Below, piece by piece: positions 26,977 through 35,651 of a stretch of 64,000 nucleotides of DNA. A model generated the notes under the pieces. That model searched no databases and was not told the DNA's origin. It saw only the letters and a list, made by a program, of their open reading frames with translations. This DNA comes from an uncultured Planctomycetia bacterium. Lineage in GTDB: Bacteria > Omnitrophota > Gorgyraeia > 2-02-FULL-51-18 > JAGOUK01. A program made the translations under genes and the position numbers. Position 1 is the stretch's first letter. Each line of letters starts with the position of its first letter. Where the stretch lies: assembly GCA_964430735.1 (NCBI GenBank), contig CAYSFB010000002.1:222027-286026 (forward strand), read 5' to 3'.

Positions 26977-28992
26977 CCCCCTACCTTTAAATACGATCCG
27001 TTCCAGCAGCAGGCCATCGACGCGGTCAACCAGAACATCTCCGTTCTCGTTTCCGCGCCGACCGGCTCGGGCAAAACCGCCATCGCCGAACACGCGATCG
27101 AGCGGTCGTTCCGCCGCGGCGAGCAGGTCGTGTACACCGCGCCGATCAAGGCGATCTCGAACCAGAAGTTTCGCGAATTCAACGCGATGTTCCCGGGACA
27201 AGTCGGCATCCTGACCGGCGACGTGGCGATCGAGCCCAACGCGCCGCTGCTCATCATGACGACCGAGATCTACCGGAACCAGCTTTTCGAAAATCCCGAG
27301 ATGCACGACAAGACGGCATGGGTCATCTTCGACGAAGTTCACTACCTCGACGATTACGAGCGCGGCACGGTCTGGGAAGAGGCGATCATGTTCACCCGCC
27401 CCAACACGCGCTTCCTCGCGCTGTCGGCGACCGCGCCCAACATCCAGGAACTCGCCGACTGGATCAAGTCGATCCACACGCACCCCGTCACGGTCATCCT
27501 CGAGAACCACCGGCCGGTACAGCTGACACAGCTTTTTCAATGCCAGAACGAGGTCTACACGGACCTGCGCGACCTCAAGAAGCACGGTTATCACAACCTG
27601 AACATCTGGTCGACTCCCCGAGGAATGCGCGGCGGCCATCACCAGAGCGGACATGCGTCCGGCGGCCGCCACGCGCGCCAGCACAACCGCGGTCCGCGCA
27701 ACTGGCAGCAGGAATTGCGCGCGAAGCCCAACTCGACGCGCGACCTCATGGTGCACCTCATCCAGTCCGACCGCATGCCGTGCCTGTACTTCGCCTTCGG
27801 CCGCAAGCGCGTCGAAGAGCTCGCGCAGGAACACACCGGCCTGCGTCTTCTGTCCAAGGAAGACCAGGTCGAGAACCTGAGGATTTACGACGAACTCATC
27901 GCGCAATTTGACCTGGGCAAGGAGCAGTCGGCCATCCAGATGGGCGAGCTCGTCGAGCACGGCATCGCGTACCACCACGCGGGCCTCCTGCCGACGCTCA
28001 AGGAAGTCGTCGAGCGGATGTTCACGATGAAAAAAATCCAGCTCATCTTCACGACCGAAACGTTCGCGCTCGGGATCAACATGCCGGCGCGCACCGTCGT
28101 GTTCGACGAGCTGCGCAAGTTCTACGGATTCGGGTTCGACTTTTTGACCAACCGAGACTACTTCCAGATGGCCGGACGCGCGGGCCGCCGCGGCATCGAC
28201 ACGGTCGGCTTCGTGTACGCGCGCACCAACCCGCACCTCATCCGCTTCGACGTGATCGAACGGATCATGTCCGGCAAGATGGAACCGATCATGAGCCAGT
28301 TCAACGCGTCGTACGCGACGCTGCTCAACCTCTACAAGAAGCTGGGAAAAAAGCTCATCGACATTTATCCGCGCTCCTTCCACTACTTCCAGTCCGGACA
28401 GAAGAAGCACAAGCGCGCCGTCGCTCTCATCGAGCGCAAGATCGACCTCCTGCGCGAAATGGGCTACCTGAACGACGACGGCCTCACGGAAAAGGGCGAA
28501 TTCGCGTCCTGGATGTACGGATATGAGCTGATGCTCTCGGAATTATGGGAGGCGGGCGATCTGGACCGGCTGAACCCGATGGAGCTCTGCGTGCTGCTCA
28601 TGGCGCTCGTCTACGAACCGCGCAAGAACGACACGATGACGTCGGTGCCGAAGAATTACAAGTATCTGGAAAAGAAGTGCCGCGAACTGCACCATCACAT
28701 TTATCAGCGCGAGGAACACCACCACGTGTTCCCCTTTGTAAAAAAGCCTTACTTCAACCTGTCGGAAGCCACCGAGGCCTGGGTCGGCGGCGCGCAATTT
28801 CATGAACTGTTCCGCCACACCGACGTGGACGAAGGCATCATCATCCGGTATTTCCGCATGGTGATCCAGCTCCTGCGCCAGCTCAAGACCGATCCGGGTC
28901 TCCCGCCCCAGCTCAAAGCCACGATCTCGAAGACGATCCCGCTCATCGACCGCGACATCGTCGACGCCGAACGCCTGCTCCGCGCCGCTTAA
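26974..28992 (+). CDS. Ski2-like (HelY/Mtr4-family) DExH-box RNA helicase
   Basis: Walker A APTGSGKT, DEVH box (FDEVHYL), SAT motif, HAGL, QMAGRAGRRG, and a C-terminal Ski2-type extension. Confidence 0.8.
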   Translation: MPPTFKYDPFQQQAIDAVNQNISVLVSAPTGSGKTAIAEHAIERSFRRGEQVVYTAPIKAISNQKFREFNAMFPGQVGILTGDVAIEPNAPLLIMTTEIYRNQLFENPEMHDKTAWVIFDEVHYLDDYERGTVWEEAIMFTRPNTRFLALSATAPNIQELADWIKSIHTHPVTVILENHRPVQLTQLFQCQNEVYTDLRDLKKHGYHNLNIWSTPRGMRGGHHQSGHASGGRHARQHNRGPRNWQQELRAKPNSTRDLMVHLIQSDRMPCLYFAFGRKRVEELAQEHTGLRLLSKEDQVENLRIYDELIAQFDLGKEQSAIQMGELVEHGIAYHHAGLLPTLKEVVERMFTMKKIQLIFTTETFALGINMPARTVVFDELRKFYGFGFDFLTNRDYFQMAGRAGRRGIDTVGFVYARTNPHLIRFDVIERIMSGKMEPIMSQFNASYATLLNLYKKLGKKLIDIYPRSFHYFQSGQKKHKRAVALIERKIDLLREMGYLNDDGLTEKGEFASWMYGYELMLSELWEAGDLDRLNPMELCVLLMALVYEPRKNDTMTSVPKNYKYLEKKCRELHHHIYQREEHHHVFPFVKKPYFNLSEATEAWVGGAQFHELFRHTDVDEGIIIRYFRMVIQLLRQLKTDPGLPPQLKATISKTIPLIDRDIVDAERLLRAA

Positions 28993-29013
28993 AATCTAAA
29001 AAAATCGAACCGG

Positions 29014-30066
29014 TCAGTCTTCTCGGCAATTCGAAGGCGAATCGCCGCAGCTGTCGGGAAGGAAGCCGTCGCCGCCGTCTTCGGAGACGTGGCGGGACGC
29101 GTGGGTGTGGAAGGTGTGGATGAGGTCGAACAGTTCGGCCGGAGTCGTGGCCAGGTTCACGCGGCTGCGCAGCTCGGCCGCTCCCGGAAAGCCCTTGAAA
29201 TACCAGCACGCGATCTTGCGGCACTTGAGGACGCCGAGCATCGGGCCTTCGTTCGCGATTTCGAGTTCCGCATGCTGGATGAAGGCCTGCTTGCGCTCGG
29301 TCAGCGTCGGCGCGTCCGGCGCCGGGCGGCCGTCGAGCACCGCCTGCACTTCGCGATAGATCCAGGGGTTGCCGAGCGCGCCGCGGCCCAGCATCACGCC
29401 GTCGCAGCCGGTGATGTCGAGCATCCGCTGCGCGTCCGCGCCCGAATTCACGTCGCCGTTGCCGAAGACCGGGATCTTGACCGCACGCTTCACGCGGCCG
29501 ATCGCCTCCCAGTTGGCCTTGCCCGTGTACGCCTGCTCGCGCGTGCGGCCGTGCACGCTCACCGCGGCCAAACCCTCGTCTTCGGCGATCTTCGCCATCC
29601 GGATCGCCTCGTCCCCCGAAGGATCGGCGAAGCCGAGACGCATCTTGGCCGTGAACGGCAAACGCTTCAGGTTTTTTTGGATCGCTTTAAAAATCTCGCG
29701 CGCCGTGTCCGGTTCCTTCAAGAGCGCCGAGCCGCCGCCGGGGCCGGTGATCTTGGGGACGGGGCAGCCGATGTTGATGTCGATGAGGTCGTAGCCCATG
29801 CCCTCGGCGATCGCGGCCGCCTCGCCCATCGCGTCCGCGCGGCAGCCGACGAGCTGGCAGCCCAGCGGCCTGTCCTTCTCGACGGTCTTCATGAGCTCGA
29901 GCGCTTTTTTATTGTTCCGCACCAGCGACTCGCACGAAATCATTTCCATGAACGCCATTTCCATCCCGTGCTCGCGCGCGACCAGGCGGAACGCCAAATC
30001 GGTGCAGCCGGCCATCGGCGACTGGATGATATTCGTCTTGAGTTGGAGGTCTTTGAGCTGGAGCAC
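29014..30066 (-). CDS. tRNA-dihydrouridine synthase (Dus family, DusB-like)
   Basis: SPMAGCTDLAFR, IDINIGCPVPK, and an FMN-binding TIM-barrel pattern. It is translationally coupled to nadA upstream, with a 3-nt gap. Confidence 0.8.
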   Translation of the reverse strand: MLQLKDLQLKTNIIQSPMAGCTDLAFRLVAREHGMEMAFMEMISCESLVRNNKKALELMKTVEKDRPLGCQLVGCRADAMGEAAAIAEGMGYDLIDINIGCPVPKITGPGGGSALLKEPDTAREIFKAIQKNLKRLPFTAKMRLGFADPSGDEAIRMAKIAEDEGLAAVSVHGRTREQAYTGKANWEAIGRVKRAVKIPVFGNGDVNSGADAQRMLDITGCDGVMLGRGALGNPWIYREVQAVLDGRPAPDAPTLTERKQAFIQHAELEIANEGPMLGVLKCRKIACWYFKGFPGAAELRSRVNLATTPAELFDLIHTFHTHASRHVSEDGGDGFLPDSCGDSPSNCRED

Positions 30067-30069
30067 GGA

Positions 30070-30996
30070 CTAGCCGATGGCGATCATGCGCTCGATGGAC
30101 AGACGGGCGCGGTCGGCGATTTCCTTGGGGACTTTGACTTCGGTGCGCATCGTTTCGAGGGAGCGGGCGATCTTCTCGAGCGTGTTCATCTTCATGTACT
30201 CGCAGGTCGCGCGGTCGCCGACCGGGCGGAAGATTTTTTCGGGATTGTGGGCGGCGAGCTGCTCGACGAGGCCCGTTTCGGTCGCGATGAGGAATTCTTT
30301 TTTCGGCGACTGCTCGACGTGCTTCACCATGCCGCCGGTCGAGAGGATCTTGTCGGCCAAGTGCATCGACTTCGTGAGACAGCCGCACTCGGGGTGCATG
30401 AGCAGCTCCGCGTCGGGATACTGCTTCTTCACCTGCTCGATATGCTCGCTGTTGATGCGCGCGTGGACGTGGCAGAAGCCGGGCCAGAGATGGAGCTTGC
30501 GGCCGGTCTGCCGCTGGGCGTAAAGGCCGAGGAAAAAATCCGGGATGAACAGGATGTCCTTGTCCGCCGGCAGCGACGAAACGACCTGCACCGCGTTGGC
30601 CGACGTGCAGGCGTAGTCACTCTCGGCCTTCACTTCGGCGGAGGTGTTCACGTAACAGACGACGAGTCCGCCGGGGTGTTCGTTCTTCCATTTGCGCACG
30701 TCCGGCGCCTGGACCATGCTCGCGAGCGAACAGCCCGCGTCCGGATCCGGCATGAGGACGGTTTTTTCGGGTGCGAGGATGCTGACCGTTTCGGCCATGA
30801 AGTGGACGCCGGAGAACAAAACGACCCGATTCGGGAGCTTGGCGGCGACGCGGGCCAGGTACAGGGAATCCCCGACGTGGTCGGCGACGCGCTGGATGTC
30901 CATCGTCTGGTAGTTGTGGGCCAGAATGACCGCGTCACGCTGCTTTTTGAGCGCGGCGATTTCTTCTTCGATGGTGTTGTAGAGGCGTTTTTCCAT
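30070..30996 (-). CDS. nadA: Quinolinate synthase A
   Basis: NadA pattern: ILAHNYQ, FMAETV, MPDPDAGCSL, CYVNTSAEVKA, HPECGC. Confidence 0.85.
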   Translation of the reverse strand: MEKRLYNTIEEEIAALKKQRDAVILAHNYQTMDIQRVADHVGDSLYLARVAAKLPNRVVLFSGVHFMAETVSILAPEKTVLMPDPDAGCSLASMVQAPDVRKWKNEHPGGLVVCYVNTSAEVKAESDYACTSANAVQVVSSLPADKDILFIPDFFLGLYAQRQTGRKLHLWPGFCHVHARINSEHIEQVKKQYPDAELLMHPECGCLTKSMHLADKILSTGGMVKHVEQSPKKEFLIATETGLVEQLAAHNPEKIFRPVGDRATCEYMKMNTLEKIARSLETMRTEVKVPKEIADRARLSIERMIAIG

Positions 30997-31002
30997 CGGA
31001 AG

Positions 31003-31040
31003 AGTATAGCAAAAAATCCATTGCGGTTCCGCCGGAACCG
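31003..31040 (-). promoter_or_regulatory. nadA promoter region: extended -10 TGcTATACT 6 nt from the ATG (leaderless), overlapped upstream by a perfect 8-1-8 palindrome CGGTTCCG-C-CGGAACCG that could be an operator
   Basis: Minus strand reads ...CATACGGTTCCGGCGGAACCGCAATGGATTTTTTGCTATACTCTTCCGATG. The palindrome covers the -35 region. No Shine-Dalgarno sequence. Confidence 0.4.
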
Positions 31041-31096
31041 TATGATAATATTGTTATAAAGTACTTAGTTTTTACTAATAAAGAGGAACGCGTATT

Positions 31097-31915
31097 ATGA
31101 AAATCTGGTCCAAAACTTTGGCCGTCCTGGCGGCCTTCCTCATCGGCGGCTCCCCCTGCGTCCTGGCCGAGAACGAAGGCGCCGACCTGCGCATCCTGAA
31201 CGCCAAAAAAATCTTCAACGAGATCGTTTCCTCGAACAAGCCCATTCCCAAAGAGATCCTGGCCGACTCCAACGTCATCATCATCTTCCCCCGGCTGGGC
31301 AAGGGCGGCTTCCTGTACGCGGGCCGGTTCGGCCTCGGCGTCGTCATGGTGCGCAACGCCGACAGCGGCCAGTGGAGCGCTCCGGCCTTCGTGCGGATCT
31401 CGGGCGGCAGCTTCGGCTTCCAGGCGGGCGCGCAGTTCACCGAACTCATCCTCGTCGGCAAGTCCAAATACAAGTTCGACAAATTCAACGGCGGGCCGGC
31501 GCTCAGCACCTCGATGTCGGCGACGGCCGGCTGGTGGGGACTGCATTCCGAAGTCGGCACCGGCTGGGAAGCGCCGAACAACATGCACTGGTACTCCCGC
31601 AACCAGGGGCTGTTCGGCTCCCTCTCGCTCGACGGCAACATCATGTCCTATGACCAGGGCGCCACGTCGGCCTACTACGGCCAGGGCGTGATCGCGCAGG
31701 ACGTGCTCTTCGGCAACGAAGTCCGTCCGTCCCCGACCGGCCAGATGCTGATCGACGACGTCAGCAAATACGAGGGCAAAACGACCGCCCAGGGTCAGTT
31801 CGGCAAAATGATGCAGATGGTTCCCAAGATCAGCTTCGCCCAACCCACCGAAGACCAAAAGCAAAAAGCCCAGCTCCGAGTCCCCAGCTGGATGCCCAAG
31901 TTCGGCAAAAAGTAA
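31097..31915 (+). CDS. Secreted SYLF (Ysc84/DUF500) lipid-binding-domain protein
   Basis: Signal peptide MKIWSKTLAVLAAFLIGGSPCVLA. SYLF-like pattern: IIIFPRLGKGGFLYAGRFGLGVVMVR...SGGSFGFQAGAQ...GKSKYKFDK. RBS AAAGAGGAA. Confidence 0.6.
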   Translation: MKIWSKTLAVLAAFLIGGSPCVLAENEGADLRILNAKKIFNEIVSSNKPIPKEILADSNVIIIFPRLGKGGFLYAGRFGLGVVMVRNADSGQWSAPAFVRISGGSFGFQAGAQFTELILVGKSKYKFDKFNGGPALSTSMSATAGWWGLHSEVGTGWEAPNNMHWYSRNQGLFGSLSLDGNIMSYDQGATSAYYGQGVIAQDVLFGNEVRPSPTGQMLIDDVSKYEGKTTAQGQFGKMMQMVPKISFAQPTEDQKQKAQLRVPSWMPKFGKK

Positions 31916-31946
31916 CACCGGCCGCAGCCGTCCGGAGGCAGGAGAA

Positions 31947-31968
31947 CCCTGTCTTCGCAGGGCTTTTT
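31947..31968 (+). terminator. Short hairpin plus T-run after the SYLF gene
   Basis: CCCTG-tcttcg-CAGGG followed by CTTTTTGT. Confidence 0.4.
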
Positions 31969-32112
31969 GTCCGAGGAGGCGTCCCCGCCGACGAGGACAA
32001 ATGGAGAAGGCGCGCCTCGTCTTAGACAGCGCGCCTTCGGCTATGCCCATTTCCGCACGCGAAGCGTGCAGGCGGCAGGATTTTTCCTGCCTCCGGACCG
32101 ATCGTATGCGGG

Positions 32113-33132
32113 TTATTTATTCAGAACGTAGCTGAAGATCAGCGGTGCGACGATGGACGCGTCGGACTCGATGATGAACTTCGGCGTGTCGACGTCCAGC
32201 TTGCCCCAGGTGATCTTCTCGTTGGGAACGGCGCCCGAATAGGAACCGTACGAGGTCGTGGAGTCGGAGATCTGACAGAAGTAGCCCCAGAGCTTGCAGC
32301 CTTCCTTCAAATCCTGCTGGATCATCGGAACGACGCAGATCGGGAAGTCACCGGCGATGCCGCCGCCGATCTGGAAGAACCCGATCGTGCCGTTCGCCGT
32401 CGTCTTGCGGTAATAGTCCGCCAGATAATGCATGTAGAAGAGGCCGCTCTTCACGGTGTTGAGCGACTTCACGTTGCCCTTCATGTGCTGGGCGACGAAG
32501 ACGTTTCCGATCGTGGAATCTTCCCAGCCGGGGACGATGATCGGGAGCTTTTTCTCGTACGCCGCGAGCATCCACGAATCCTTGGGATCGATGTCGTAGA
32601 ACTCCTTGAGCACACCGCTCTCGATGAGCTGGTACATGTACTCGTGCGGGAAATAGGCTTTTCCCTCCGCTTCAGCCTTCTGCCACAACGGCAGCAGGCG
32701 GTGTTCGATGCGGCGCATCGCTTCGTGTTCGGGGATGCAGGTGTCGGTCACGCGGTTGAAGCCCTGGCCGCAAAGGTCCATTTCTTCCTGCGCGGTGAGG
32801 TGACGGTAATTGGGGACACGGCGGTAATGCGTGTGCGCGACGAGATTGAAGATGTCCTCTTCGAGGTTGGCGCCGGTGCAGCAGATCGCGTGGACCTTGT
32901 CCTGGCGGATCATCTCGGCGAGCGAAATGCCGAGTTCGGCGGTCGACATGGCGCCGGCCAGCGTGACGAGCATTTTGTCCCCGTTCTCCAGGTGCTTGAT
33001 CCAGCCTTCGGCGGCGTCGATCACGACGGCGGCGTTGAAGTGCTTGTAGTTGCGCTGGATGAACTGCTTCACCGGGCCGTCGGCCTTCGAAAGTGAAGCG
33101 GTGCGGGTCAAAGTCTCTTGCTTGGTTGCCAT
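32113..33132 (-). CDS. Deoxyhypusine synthase-like (DHS/homospermidine-synthase family) protein
   Basis: 339 aa with the Rossmann-like, NAD-binding layout of DHS-family proteins: ICCTGANLEEDIF, GGGIAGDFPICVVPMIQQD, SYGSYSGAVPNEKITWGK. Confidence 0.6.
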   Translation of the reverse strand: MATKQETLTRTASLSKADGPVKQFIQRNYKHFNAAVVIDAAEGWIKHLENGDKMLVTLAGAMSTAELGISLAEMIRQDKVHAICCTGANLEEDIFNLVAHTHYRRVPNYRHLTAQEEMDLCGQGFNRVTDTCIPEHEAMRRIEHRLLPLWQKAEAEGKAYFPHEYMYQLIESGVLKEFYDIDPKDSWMLAAYEKKLPIIVPGWEDSTIGNVFVAQHMKGNVKSLNTVKSGLFYMHYLADYYRKTTANGTIGFFQIGGGIAGDFPICVVPMIQQDLKEGCKLWGYFCQISDSTTSYGSYSGAVPNEKITWGKLDVDTPKFIIESDASIVAPLIFSYVLNK

Positions 33133-33241
33133 CGTTACCTCTTTTTAATTCTGCGGACGATTGATGTCACGAGGATTTTAAAATATGATGGCCGTAGTGT
33201 AAAGCACGAATCGCCCAAAAAACGCCAAGGCGCCCCTCATT

Positions 33242-33712
33242 ATGAAAACCGTCCAGATCCTCTCGATCCGCAAGAACACCGATCCGCATATCGCCGCGCT
33301 CGAAGCGGATTACTTGAAGCGTCTCAAACCATTTTGCGGGATCGAACTGGCCGATATCCGCGCGACGTACGCGGACACGACGCCGGTTCCGCAGATCCTC
33401 GCCAAAGAGACCGAACTTTTTCAGAAAAAAATTCCGGCGCGGTCCGTCGTCGTCGCGCTGCACGAGACCGGAAAAGCCTATTCGAGCCGGGAATTCTCGG
33501 AATGGTTCGGACGCACCCTCGGAAACGCCGACGGACCGCTCGTGTTCGTGATCGGAAGCGCTTACGGGCTGTCGGACGAGCTTCTGAAGGGCGCCCGGGA
33601 GCGGGTTTCGCTGTCGCGGATGACGTTTACACACGAATTTGCACGGCTCATCCTGCTGGAACAGCTCTACCGGGCTGTCCAGATTACCCGGGGCACGGAC
33701 TACCACAAATAG
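33242..33712 (+). CDS. rlmH: 23S rRNA (pseudouridine1915-N3)-methyltransferase RlmH (SPOUT family)
   Basis: 156 aa. GSAYGLSDELLKGARERVSLSRMTFTHEFARLILLEQLYRA matches the RlmH C-terminal signature. Confidence 0.8.
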   Translation: MKTVQILSIRKNTDPHIAALEADYLKRLKPFCGIELADIRATYADTTPVPQILAKETELFQKKIPARSVVVALHETGKAYSSREFSEWFGRTLGNADGPLVFVIGSAYGLSDELLKGARERVSLSRMTFTHEFARLILLEQLYRAVQITRGTDYHK

Positions 33713-33839
33713 TTGTCCCCTTCGGTCCAAAACGCTTCAAATAGTGCCTTTCGTCCTATTGCAAAAATAAAAAGGTGTGGTAGTGTAGGGGTTCAAATTT
33801 TGGAATTTGTCCGGAATTATCAGTAAAAGGAGTACCCAC

Positions 33840-34088
33840 ATGGTCAAAGGTCACGTCAAATGGTTTTCGAACCCCAAGGGCTACGGATTCATCCTCATGG
33901 ACGACGGATCTGAAGTGTTCGTCCATCATTCCCTCATCCAGGGCGAAGGCTACAAGACGCTCAAAGAAGGCGAAGAGGTCGAATTCGAACTGATCGAGAC
34001 CGAAAAGGGTAAACAGGCACACAAAGTGACCCGCATGGCCGGCGCCGCCGAAGAAGCCCCCGTCCGCGAGGCCTCGCTCCAGCGCTAA
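33840..34088 (+). CDS. Cold-shock protein (CspA family) with a short C-terminal extension
   Basis: MVKGHVKWFSNPKGYGFILMDDGSEVFVHHSLIQGEGYKTLKEGEEVEFE, carrying RNP-1/RNP-2-like motifs. Start chosen after the AAAGGAG RBS; the track ORF begins 11 codons upstream. Confidence 0.85.
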   Translation: MVKGHVKWFSNPKGYGFILMDDGSEVFVHHSLIQGEGYKTLKEGEEVEFELIETEKGKQAHKVTRMAGAAEEAPVREASLQR

Positions 34089-34109
34089 CCGCGCTCTTTC
34101 CCCGAACTT

Positions 34110-34153
34110 AAAAAACAAAACCCCGCTCGGCTTGCGCCGGGCGGGGTTTTTTT
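34110..34153. terminator. Bidirectional Rho-independent terminator between convergent csp and the YD-repeat gene
   Basis: AAAAAACAAAA-CCCCGCTCGGC-ttgc-GCCGGGCGGGG-TTTTTTT. The GC-rich stem is flanked by A and T tracts. Confidence 0.7.
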
Positions 34154-34165
34154 AATTCCGGAAAC

Positions 34166-35539
34166 TTAGTTGGCCGTGTTGTTCTGGCCGGCGATCGAGA
34201 AGCTTTGGCCGACAGACTGGCTGCCCGAGAACTGGATGTTCTGCTGCGGCTGGCTGGACGTCTGTTGGACCTGGATCACGGCGTTGCGCTCCGTCACCCA
34301 CGACAAGTCGCCGCCGATCGGCGCCGAAAAAGATTGACCGAGAGTGATGGGCCCGAAGGATCCGCCCACAACGACGTGCGAGGCGCTGTCCATGAGAAGC
34401 GTCGCGTCCGGAGAGATGCCGATGTTCCCGCTGACGTAGAGCTTGAGGCCCTTCAGGTCCATCGTCCCCTTCGTGAGCTGCAGGTCGCCGGTCACGTAGA
34501 TGTCGTAGCCGTTGGGTTCGGATCCGACGGTGAGCGATCCCGAAACCTGCAGATTGAACTTGGAAAAATCCCAGGTCTTGGCCGAGCTGAAAACCACGTC
34601 GCCCTGAATGTTCAGGTACGCCGGGGCCAGGAGGTCTTTGAGGTCGTCGAGGATCTGAGTGGCGTCCCTGAAGCCGGCGCCGCTCAGCTCGGGGATGTCG
34701 ACCGGGACATACGCTCCTTCTTCCGCGGCATATGTGTGCGTGTATGTGACGTTTCCGGATGCGTTCAGATCATAGCTGACCGAATATTTACGGGTCACGG
34801 CACCGTCGACGACGGTCAGGTCGGCGGTCTTGGTGCGCAACTTGCCTGAGAGCTCGTACACGTCGTGCGTCTGGATGACGTCGCCGGTCAGGCGGTACGT
34901 GTACACATCCACCACGCGGCCGGACGCATCATTGATCACTTTTCCATCGGCGCCGGTGGTCCGGTAATTCCGCTCCTTGCGCGCCAGGGTGCCGTTCGTG
35001 TTGTAGGCGAATGTCTGGGAGTCCGTCATCCGCTGCACGATGCGGAACAAGTCGTAGGTCGTGTAAGTGGTGTTCTCGCTCTTCTTCCGCGATTTGGCGT
35101 CGTACTGGAAGGTCGAGGTGTAAGTCATGTGGGTCTTGCCTTTGGCGGGACGGCCGTTGGAGTCGTAGTAGAACGTGGTCCCCACGGCGTTCGTGAGAAT
35201 CCCGTTCCGGTCGTACCGCTTGGCGGTGGTGGTAGTCTGCGCGAGGCGGCCGTTGAACGTCCAGTAAAAGGGCTGATAGGTCATCACGACGGTCTGACCA
35301 AAACCCGACACCGTCAGGGTTTCGAGCTTGCCCGGCTGGAAAAGGTCGATGACGATGCCGCTCGTGAGCGAGTTCAGATTAATCTGAGATCCGACCGCGT
35401 TCAGCGGATTCAGGAGCGAGCTGTTCGAATTGTTGATCGTGATGGTGCCGGAAGAGGTCGGCGCGAGCGTGTCGATGGCGAGCGCGTTCCCGCCCATAAG
35501 AGAGAACGCCGTAAGAAGTGCCAAGATGCGCTGTTTCAT
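34166..35539 (-). CDS. Secreted YD/RHS-repeat-containing protein, ~457 aa, with a C-terminal beta-helix-like repeat region
   Basis: Start at MKQRILALLTAFSLMGGNALA after a GGAG RBS. YD-type repeats: FYYDSNGR, TFQYDAKSRK, YTYRLTGDV, YSVSYDLNASGNV. The C-terminus has V-x-G-x-L repeats. Confidence 0.55.
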   Translation of the reverse strand: MKQRILALLTAFSLMGGNALAIDTLAPTSSGTITINNSNSSLLNPLNAVGSQINLNSLTSGIVIDLFQPGKLETLTVSGFGQTVVMTYQPFYWTFNGRLAQTTTTAKRYDRNGILTNAVGTTFYYDSNGRPAKGKTHMTYTSTFQYDAKSRKKSENTTYTTYDLFRIVQRMTDSQTFAYNTNGTLARKERNYRTTGADGKVINDASGRVVDVYTYRLTGDVIQTHDVYELSGKLRTKTADLTVVDGAVTRKYSVSYDLNASGNVTYTHTYAAEEGAYVPVDIPELSGAGFRDATQILDDLKDLLAPAYLNIQGDVVFSSAKTWDFSKFNLQVSGSLTVGSEPNGYDIYVTGDLQLTKGTMDLKGLKLYVSGNIGISPDATLLMDSASHVVVGGSFGPITLGQSFSAPIGGDLSWVTERNAVIQVQQTSSQPQQNIQFSGSQSVGQSFSIAGQNNTAN

Positions 35540-35651
35540 GTTTGCTCCAATTTGGATGAATAGAAGAAGACGCAATTATACATGATAAATAAACATTTTT
35601 CTAGATCCAGCAACAGAGGGATCCAGCGCTGGAAAATGCGGTAGGACGGGA

